A stretch of 32,000 nucleotides of DNA from Acaryochloris marina S15. Lineage in GTDB: Bacteria; Cyanobacteriota; Cyanobacteriia; Thermosynechococcales; Thermosynechococcaceae. Location: positions 1,740,001-1,772,000 of the forward strand of contig NZ_CP064923.1 of assembly GCF_018336915.1 (NCBI RefSeq), given 5' to 3'. How positions within the stretch are numbered: the stretch's first letter is position 1; every line of letters begins with the position of its first letter. Below the pieces are notes generated by a model that made no database searches, had not been told where the DNA came from, and worked only from the letters and a program-made list of their open reading frames with translations. Shown here one piece after another: positions 25,626 to 32,000 of this stretch. A program made the translations under genes and the position numbers.

Positions 25626-26641
25626 AGGCTATAAACTTGTTTTTTACTTCCAGGCATTGCAAACCTAATATTTAAGTCGTCAAGCTTTGACTTTAAGGGG
25701 TAATGTTCATCAAGTAAAGTGTTCATCTGTCTAATTTGCCACGCAATTGTTAGAACTTGAGTGCACTCAGATTTAGGGCCAAACACTCGTTCTGCCATTG
25801 CTCCTAGAGTGGAGGCAGGTACATGTTTTCCATGGCTGTCTAGAACCTGCTTTATGCCGATATAAGCCTCATCGGGGCTGATTAAAGAAATGGACTGACA
25901 AAAGAGTAATAATCCTTCTAGAGAAATCCCTTGTGACAACGCTTGCTTAAATCCTTTGCGCCAGCAGTTTAGAGCGACTTTGGCCTGATGTTGGTACTCG
26001 TACAGTAAGATTCCCAAAATATAGTAAGCGAGAACATGATCCGGTTGTCGCTCCAATTTTTGCTTCAGGTGCGGTAACAGTTTCTTCGCGTCAGCTGGAG
26101 AAGAGATCAGGCTTTTAAATGCGTCGATTGTGGCAATATCGATTGAATCGGATTCTTTCAGAATTCGTAGCAACCGCTTTTCCACAAGGGTAAGGTCTGA
26201 AGAGGGGGTTGCAGCTTCTGTTGTGGTGGGGTTGCGATTCATTACTTTTTTTAAGAGGCCAGGACTCAGCTGGGTATACCCCTTATGGACAGAGCGAATC
26301 GCATTGGCGACTTCTTCTGAAGACGCATTTTTGAGCAGATATCCCATTGCTCCTGCGCGTAAGGCATCCGCAATGCATTTATCATCATCTGCACTGCTCA
26401 ACAGTAAAACCTTCGTATTAGGACAGCGCTGACAAATAATCTCTGTGGCAGCAGCACCATCCATGACAGGCATATACATATCAACCAAAACGACATCAGG
26501 TTGAAGTTGCTCTGCCATTGACACACCTATTTTGCCATTTTCGGCCAGTCCTACAATCTGTAAGTCAGATTCAGATTCCAATAAGGCTTTGAGCCCTTGA
26601 CGGATTACTTTCTGATCATCAACTAGAAGAATGCGGATCAT
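25622..26641 (-). CDS. response regulator: NarL-like receiver domain plus ~200-aa C-terminal region without a recognisable DNA-binding output
   Basis: REC motifs: ILLVDDQ, phospho-acceptor context VVLVDMYMPVMDG, LLLSS, GYLLK. The stretch after the receiver (LTLVEKRLLRIL...) only vaguely recalls the start of a LuxR HTH and then diverges. Confidence 0.85.
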   Translation of the reverse strand: MIRILLVDDQKVIRQGLKALLESESDLQIVGLAENGKIGVSMAEQLQPDVVLVDMYMPVMDGAAATEIICQRCPNTKVLLLSSADDDKCIADALRAGAMGYLLKNASSEEVANAIRSVHKGYTQLSPGLLKKVMNRNPTTTEAATPSSDLTLVEKRLLRILKESDSIDIATIDAFKSLISSPADAKKLLPHLKQKLERQPDHVLAYYILGILLYEYQHQAKVALNCWRKGFKQALSQGISLEGLLLFCQSISLISPDEAYIGIKQVLDSHGKHVPASTLGAMAERVFGPKSECTQVLTIAWQIRQMNTLLDEHYPLKSKLDDLNIRFAMPGSKKQVYSL

Positions 26642-26871
26642 TGTTGGGGATATTCTAATGAAAAGAGCAGGCGACTTTAACTGGTCGGGTCCACATATTA
26701 TGGACCACCAGATTAAATGATCATCATCTTAATCAAAATTAGGTTGAATGAGTGTATGAAGATGCTGATTATTTAACTCCCCCTCTAGAAAATACTATCT
26801 ATAAAATCTTGATTGTTCCAATAAACTTGCCAAGTTTTAATTCTTCTATCGAAATTTGCTAAAAACTGCAC

Positions 26872-26901
26872 AAAAAAACTCCAGAATGCAAACCCTGGAG
26901 T
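26872..26901 (-). terminator. intrinsic terminator downstream of the secreted pentapeptide gene
   Basis: On the minus strand: ACTCCAG (26901..26895), loop GGTTTGCATT, CTGGAGT (26884..26878), running into a T7 tract (26878..26872). It lies about 87 nt after the stop at 26988. Confidence 0.55.
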
Positions 26902-26987
26902 GTGATGTGTTTGATGCAATTGTTTCAGTTGTTAAGCGTATACCCATTCAACATCAAAGGATAAGAGGAGAGATATCTCCAATATCA

Positions 26988-27575
26988 TTATTCCGCGGGG
27001 CGACAATTGCGAAAACTGAGGGTTCCATCAGGCATGACAGTATTACAGATGTTGGCTCCATCAAGATTTGCCCCATCAAGATTTGCGCCATTCAAGTTTG
27101 CAGCTCGCAGCATGGCCCCTCGTAGATCCGCATTGGCAAAATTGGTCTTGTTTAGGGTTGCAGCACGAAGAATTGCCCCCTGTAGATTGACACCACTAAA
27201 GTCGCAACCGTTTAAGTTGGCCACAGAAAAATCTGCTTTAGAGAAATTCGCCCCCGTTAAGATTGTGTCTTCGATACGAGCACTGGTGAGGTTTACTCCC
27301 TCTAAATTGGCATTTGTTAGATCGCTGAATTGGATCGTGGCATTCTTCAAATTAGAATCCTTCAAATTGCCGTCTTGTAGTTCGAAACTCCGTATTGTGG
27401 CACCGGCTAAATCACAGCCTTCACAGATCTTGGTTTTACGGAGTTCAGGCACATTCTTAATGGCTTCTTTGGATAAGGGGGCCATTCTCATCTGGGCATG
27501 GGCAAGATCTGGGGGGAGAACCCCGAACCACAATACAGCCACTAGGACTGCAATTTTTACAACAGCTTTTAACAT
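26988..27575 (-). CDS. pentapeptide repeat protein with N-terminal signal peptide (exported/lumenal type)
   Basis: Signal-like MLKAVVKIAVLVAVLWFGVLPPDLAHA, then tandem pentapeptides: ANLEGVNLTSARIEDTILTGANFSKADFSVANLNGCDFSGVNLQGAILRAATLNKTNFANADLRGAMLRAANLNGANLDGANLDGA. Confidence 0.85.
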   Translation of the reverse strand: MLKAVVKIAVLVAVLWFGVLPPDLAHAQMRMAPLSKEAIKNVPELRKTKICEGCDLAGATIRSFELQDGNLKDSNLKNATIQFSDLTNANLEGVNLTSARIEDTILTGANFSKADFSVANLNGCDFSGVNLQGAILRAATLNKTNFANADLRGAMLRAANLNGANLDGANLDGANICNTVMPDGTLSFRNCRPAE

Positions 27576-27851
27576 TTATAGACCTCTATAATCCGGGGGA
27601 GTATGCCAAACCTCAGCAGATTGACCGCCGTCAATTATAGAACTCTGTCGAGTGCTTAATCTCTAATTGGAGACAATTTGTAGGGTTTGGCTGTGCCTTG
27701 AGCGGGAGTAGGAATGAGCGATTGATAGCCAAAAGACTCAAATTTTGCTTTGACTCAATTGAATAGAACGTAGAATTTGGCCTCCATCGCAAAAAAGAGG
27801 GGTCAACTGGGGAACACTAGGGAAAACCTGAATAGAGTATCTTTAAAACCT

Positions 27852-28076
27852 ATGGAAAATGAAACTGTTTTCCAGTCTGATTTCCAACCTGATGTTCCTG
27901 ATGAAGTGTCAGTCTTGCGTAAACAACTGGCAATCAGCCTTAAATTTCACCATAGCAGTACCTTAGAAAGGCTCCCCATTGAGGTTGCCGTCCAAGTCAT
28001 GGCAGAAGTGTGGGATGCATGCAACCGGAATAGTGGTCCCAGAAAGAATGGTGCCAGAAGGCATGCGGATAGTTGA
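27852..28076 (+). CDS. possible small ORF (74 aa) immediately upstream of the GGDEF-EAL gene
   Basis: The ATG 27852 reading frame ends 3 nt before the GGDEF-EAL ATG (28080). There is no SD and no recognisable family. The track's TTG 27777 start is less convincing. Confidence 0.3.
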   Translation: MENETVFQSDFQPDVPDEVSVLRKQLAISLKFHHSSTLERLPIEVAVQVMAEVWDACNRNSGPRKNGARRHADS

Positions 28077-28079
28077 ACT

Positions 28080-29837
28080 ATGTCACAGGCTGCTTTAGCA
28101 AAGGTATTATCGGCTCTCGAGATTTTAGTTCTGGAAGACCAAGGTGATCAGTCTTTTCAGGTGATTGGTAATCTTCCGTCATGGTATCTGTCTTTAATGG
28201 GGACTGATCAAGAGCCAACGGCGGTGATTCATCTAGCGGATGCATTCCCTTTTCTGACTTATTTTTTGGAAGATGCTGCTCAGTTCTGGCAAACTGGGCG
28301 AGAACAAGTTCTAAAATCTGGTTTGTGGGTTGAAGTGGATCAGTCGGGTTCTGACATTCCCCTGGAGGCATCGGCCCTGGGCCTGGGGGATCAAAGAATC
28401 ATACTCATTGCTTTATCCCAAACTACTTACACAGAAAAGTCAGTTTTAATTCAGCAAGGTCGAGAAAATGCTCTGGCCCAAAGTGCTGAACGTAAACGAG
28501 CCGCTGAGCAGCTACGCCATAGTATTTTTTATGATTGGCTCACGGAATTACCCAACCAGTCTTTTATTCGACTGCGATTGGTGGATGCTCTATCCCAGAC
28601 TAAAACTCAGCCAGAGTGCTCTTTTGCGCTTCTCTACATTGATATTAAGCACTTTAAGGCCATCAATACTCGCTTAGGATTATGGGCGGGTGACCAGCTT
28701 TTGATGATGGTTGCGCAACGACTGTCTGAGCTTCTAAGGCCAGATGATATTGCGGCTCGTTTCGGCGGAGATGATTTTGTGGTTCTCCTGCGGCCGGTTG
28801 ATGGTGAGCAAGAGACTCGAAAAATCACCGAAAAAATTCAGCGCCATCTTTTGGCCCCCTACGCAATTCACTCCCAAGACATTCATATCCAGTTTGATAT
28901 GGGGATTGCCATGGGCTCGGCTCTGTATCAACAACCTGAAGACTTGATCCGTGATGCTTGTACGGCATTGGAATATGCCAAAAGTCATGGCACAGAGAAT
29001 TATGCCATTTTTCACCAGACGATGCATTTGCAATCTCTGACCCGAATGCAGTTGGAGCATGATCTGTCCCGGGCTGTCTGGCAAAATGAGTTACGGGTTT
29101 GCTACCAACCCATCATTTCCTTAGCGGACGGTTCGCTGCAGGCCTTTGAAGCGTTAGTGCGATGGCAACATCCAACATTAGGGTTGTTGTCTCCTGGTCA
29201 ATTTATTGCGATCGCAGAAGATAGTGGCTTAATTATTCCCATTGGTGCCTGGATCTTGAGGGAAGCCTGCGAGCAGATCCAGCAGTGGCGCAGCCAAACC
29301 AATTTGCCTTTGAGTATGCATGTTAACTTATCGGCCCGGCAGCTGGATCAGTTGGATTTGCTGGATGCAATCCGAGGAACCTTGGCCGAAACACAGCTTG
29401 ACCCCTCGGGTTTAAAGCTAGAAATTACCGAGACGATGGTCTTTAACAACGTAGAATATGCGGCGTCAATGCTGCGGCAAATTAAAGGTTTAGGGATTCA
29501 ACTGAGTATGGATGACTTTGGCACGGGGTATGCCTCTTTAAGTTATCTCCATCAACTACCGGTCGATAATCTCAAGATCGATCGATCCTTTGTCGAAACC
29601 ATTGATACCTCTGGCACGGAATCAGAGATTATTCAAGCTGTAGTGCAGCTGGCCCATAGCTTGAACATCGACGTGGTTGCTGAAGGGGTAGAGACCGTAG
29701 AGCAGGCCAACCGCCTGAGAACCTTGGGATGTGAATATGCTCAAGGCTACTTGTTTGCTAAACCAATGGCACCTGCAGACGTGGAAAAAGTGCTCTATCA
29801 AAATTTTGCTTCTCTTTTTGAAGCCGTTAGAGTTTAA
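28080..29837 (+). CDS. GGDEF-EAL c-di-GMP signalling protein with unassigned N-terminal sensor region
   Basis: The GGDEF domain has a variant signature RFGGDDFVV (GGDDF). The EAL domain is intact: QPI..L..G....FEALVRW, ISPGQFI, NLSARQL, EITE, DDFGTGYASLSYL, KIDRSF, AEGVET, QGYLFAKP. The first ~170 aa match no domain I recognise. Confidence 0.92.
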   Translation: MSQAALAKVLSALEILVLEDQGDQSFQVIGNLPSWYLSLMGTDQEPTAVIHLADAFPFLTYFLEDAAQFWQTGREQVLKSGLWVEVDQSGSDIPLEASALGLGDQRIILIALSQTTYTEKSVLIQQGRENALAQSAERKRAAEQLRHSIFYDWLTELPNQSFIRLRLVDALSQTKTQPECSFALLYIDIKHFKAINTRLGLWAGDQLLMMVAQRLSELLRPDDIAARFGGDDFVVLLRPVDGEQETRKITEKIQRHLLAPYAIHSQDIHIQFDMGIAMGSALYQQPEDLIRDACTALEYAKSHGTENYAIFHQTMHLQSLTRMQLEHDLSRAVWQNELRVCYQPIISLADGSLQAFEALVRWQHPTLGLLSPGQFIAIAEDSGLIIPIGAWILREACEQIQQWRSQTNLPLSMHVNLSARQLDQLDLLDAIRGTLAETQLDPSGLKLEITETMVFNNVEYAASMLRQIKGLGIQLSMDDFGTGYASLSYLHQLPVDNLKIDRSFVETIDTSGTESEIIQAVVQLAHSLNIDVVAEGVETVEQANRLRTLGCEYAQGYLFAKPMAPADVEKVLYQNFASLFEAVRV

Positions 29838-29845
29838 CTTCATAA

Positions 29846-29856
29846 CCATACTGGGG
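29846..29856. repeat. left copy of the 11-bp target-site duplication of the IS4-family element
   Basis: ccatactgggg abuts the left IS end. An identical copy is at 31347..31357, abutting the right end. Confidence 0.8.
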
Positions 29857-31283
29857 CTACGGTGTACACATAAGTCGGTTTTGAGCTATTTCCCATGCAA
29901 AGAACATCGTCTCAAACCGTTTTAGGCCATGGGTTAGCGTTGCTGTGCCTGGAGGTCTTTGAGACTGATACCCCTTCCATCCACCCAGGCGGGCAACAAT
30001 CCAAGTTGCCCAGGCCAAGGAGTTAATCGGATAAGGATTTTGTAGCTTTGTAGTTTTACCTTGGACTGTGGGGGCAATTTGTTTCAGGTATTGCTGCTGT
30101 TCATCGGTAAAAGTGATAGATGCAGGCCATTGTGGCTCGTCTCGTCCTTCCACCATTTGCAATGTCGCAATCGCAACCGATAAGGCTAAGACGGTGAGGC
30201 GCTGAATTGCTTCACCCGATTCGAGTTGCGTCGATTCAAGATCTAACCCCGTCTTCTTGAGTTGCGCGAAAAGCCGCTCAATTCTCCACCTGAATTTGTA
30301 CCATTCCAGAATTTGTAGCGCTTGCTCAAGGGATTCCACCGTGTGAGTGGTCAATAAGCGCCAATGAATCGGGTTCTGACCTTTGGGCGTTGTCTGTTCT
30401 ACCGCTTCGATGGCATACAGTTGAATACTCGGTGGATAGTCCAATTCCTTCAAATGTTCAGGTCGTTGAATTTTGACTGGAGCACAGCGGATCAGTAGCT
30501 TTGCATCTCTAGCCATCCGCTGAGTACGGGATTCGTACTCAATCGTAATCGTGGTAAATCCAATCCCCCACCGTGATTTGAGATATCCATAGAGTGATTT
30601 GGATTGACCTAGCAGACGACGGTCTTGACGAACCCTGACTAGGAGATGATTGAATGCATCGGGAACCGTTGCCCACTCTTCATATAAGTCCGATTCTCGG
30701 TCACCGATATGAGTGACCAGGCTAGCCCCTCCTGTCTTCAGACAGTGTTGACTTCGCTCAGCAGATGCTAACCATTTGAAGGATTCTTTCTCCTCAATCG
30801 GCAGGTTTTGATATCCTCCTCTATCTTTGACGGTTGGACGATTCGGGTCCCGAGTCCACAGTTGAAGTGCACTCAATCCTAACGGGAAACCAGTCCCTGC
30901 ATCTAAGGCGAGGGTCGGGTGAATAAAAAAGCCCACATCGCGATCATTGCCGACAACACCCAACTCTTCTAGCTTTAAGCGTCCTGAATGAGATTGTAAG
31001 TTGACCTCACTTGTATCACTGACGGCTAAAACGTGTCGTCCTTTGACTTGTTGCTGGCAGTGGTCACAGAGGCTTTTGACCAACTCAGATATGGACACGT
31101 TTTCATTCTCTAAGAAGCGATAGAAGCCCACTTGCTCTGCGCGACCTTGGCTGATTTGACGGATGCTTACGCTCTGATGGTGATGAATGGCATCGAATAA
31201 TGAAGCCCCCTTTTGAGCAAACGAAGGTCGCCAAAGGTAGTTCCATTAATCAGTTCTTCGTGCACCAAAATAGGATTTTCCAT
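29857..31283 (-). pseudogene. IS4-family DDE transposase, interrupted by a frameshift in an A4G5 tract
   Basis: The main frame (31131..29857) has VSDTSEV, GDRESDLYE and YKFRWRIERLFAQLK (Y-2-R-3-E-6-K). The true N-terminus MENPILVHEELINGTTFGDLRLLKRG starts at ATG 31283 in the +1 frame. It joins ...ASLFDAIHHHQSV... only if one base is added, or a -1 slip occurs, at AAAAGGGGG (31214..31206). This could be a mutation, a sequencing error or programmed slippage. Confidence 0.75.
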
Positions 31284-31346
31284 ATCTATGAGGATGCTCT
31301 ATACGACTTCACTACAGTCTAATTCAGACTTGTGTGTACACCGTAG
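29857..31346 (-). mobile_element. IS4-family insertion sequence (1490 bp)
   Basis: Terminal inverted repeats ctacggtgtacacataagtc (29857..29876) and gacttgtgtgtacaccgtag (31327..31346) match at 19 of 20 positions. It has a perfect 11-bp direct repeat flank and a DDE transposase with the YREK signature. Confidence 0.88.
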
Positions 31347-31357
31347 CCATACTGGGG
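31347..31357. repeat. right copy of the 11-bp target-site duplication of the IS4-family element
   Basis: ccatactgggg, identical to 29846..29856. Confidence 0.8.
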
Positions 31358-31465
31358 TTGCCCAAATTTGCCTGGACAAAGCTCTAATGGGGATATTGCC
31401 TATTCTCAACTGATGGGCTGATATTGATCGGATGATTGCGGCCAGAAACAAAATATTGGTGGTGT

Positions 31466-31518
31466 TGTCTTTGAACCTAATTCACATAAGTTCTGTCTAA
31501 GAATTAGGTTCAAAGACA
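31466..31518. repeat. perfect 18-bp-stem inverted repeat (53 bp)
   Basis: tgtctttgaacctaattc (31466..31483) and gaattaggttcaaagaca (31501..31518) are exact reverse complements, separated by a 17-nt loop. There is no T-run on either side. It ends 9 nt before the ATG of the next gene. Confidence 0.7.
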
Positions 31519-31527
31519 TCATTCGAT

Positions 31528-32000
31528 ATGGCGAAATTTTCCGGCAAAATTTTTAACGTTTTCCTTTGCCTCATGCTGGTATTCGGGATTTGGATGAGGA
31601 GTACCACCGGGGAACCCGTGCTGGCTGCCTCTGTGGAGGCTGATAGGGTCCATGTCATCAATCGTCTTAGTTTTGGCTCCAGCCCAGGGGATCTTCAACA
31701 TGTTCAGGCTGTAGGGATTGATGATTATATTCAGGAACAGCTTTCACCTCGTAGAGATTCACTTGAATTGAAGCAATATCCAACCTTGTTGCTCACACCG
31801 ATGCAGCTAGAGCGGCAATATGGTTTTCGGCGACCGGGTAAGGGAAAACCTAAACTTAGCTCTCAAGAACGCAAGCAGCGCCGACGTCGATCCCGTATTC
31901 CCTTTCGTGAGGCGTCTGAAGCCCGGCTGGTGCGGGCGATTTCTAGTCCGAATCAACTGGAAGAAGTGATGGTGAACTTCTGGTTCAATCACTTCAACGT
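31528..32000 (+). CDS. DUF1800-like protein, N-terminal part (gene runs off the right edge)
   Basis: Not in the ORF track because there is no stop in the window. From ATG 31528: MAKFSGKIFNVFLCLMLVFGIW (signal/TM-like) ...VINRLSFGSSPGDLQHVQAVGIDDYIQEQLSP ... LEEVMVNFWFNHFNV. The RLSFG...G....QL and FW.NHF motifs fit my recollection of DUF1800. Confidence 0.65.
   Translation, partial: MAKFSGKIFNVFLCLMLVFGIWMRSTTGEPVLAASVEADRVHVINRLSFGSSPGDLQHVQAVGIDDYIQEQLSPRRDSLELKQYPTLLLTPMQLERQYGFRRPGKGKPKLSSQERKQRRRRSRIPFREASEARLVRAISSPNQLEEVMVNFWFNHFN

Noticed and set aside
27007-27591. 194-aa ORF on the plus strand, almost exactly coextensive with the secreted pentapeptide gene
   Set aside because: It is a mirror artefact. 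The reverse complement of repetitive A(D/N)LxG codons stays open. Its product (RFAPSRFAPFKFAARS...) is low-complexity, whereas the minus-strand product has a signal peptide and a canonical pentapeptide register.
1-32000. Search for tRNA, rRNA, CRISPR, retron or DGR-like elements
   Set aside because: I found no T-loop/acceptor-type patterns (GGTTCGAATCC-like), no rRNA-like conserved blocks, no repeat-spacer arrays and no reverse-transcriptase motifs in any frame of the ORF track.

Overview
The window looks like a cyanobacterial chromosomal segment. Evidence: 7 copies of the HIP1 octamer GCGATCGC, two pentapeptide-repeat proteins, small cyanobacteria-type families (DUF2949-like, DUF4079-like) and a long-form IspH. 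I found no rRNA, tRNA or CRISPR array.

Left to right:
- The N-terminus of a DUF4062-like gene running off the left edge, then a DUF2949-like small protein.
- A polyprenyl glycosylphosphotransferase.
- A membrane Ser/Thr kinase convergent with, and overlapping, a Tat-exported trypsin-like/FGE-sulfatase protein.
- A DUF45-like HExxH protein divergent from a sigma-70 factor.
- recA, divergent from a tightly packed small ORF / SRAP (YedK-HMCES family) / dinB operon. They share a LexA-box-like palindrome.
- A VOC protein and a pentapeptide protein.
- A nested IS: an IS630-family element inside an ISKra4-like element.
- A TetR gene, then an AT-rich, poorly coding 1.8 kb stretch holding two paralogous small ORFs, then a GNAT gene.
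- An orphan 137-aa ORF and a PilZ-containing cellulose-synthase-like GT2.
- A membrane protein plus SDR pair, then ispH.
- A response regulator without a recognisable output domain, coupled to a tail-anchored coiled-coil protein.
- A secreted pentapeptide protein and a GGDEF-EAL protein.
- An IS4-family element with an 11-bp target duplication, then the start of a DUF1800-like gene.

Most noteworthy observations from the sequence:
1. An exact ATGAG-N5-CTCAT palindrome sits upstream of the TetR gene. It recurs (plus a 9/10 copy) on a near-consensus promoter 2.2 kb away, in front of the GNAT gene, bracketing the two orphan paralogous small ORFs.
2. The recA / small ORF-SRAP-dinB divergent SOS-type unit.
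3. The kinase / exported protease-FGE pair, whose stop codons share one TTATAA palindrome.
4. The response regulator plus coiled-coil pair.
5. Several long perfect hairpins that no gene model explains.

All family names come from reading motifs by eye. No database search was possible.
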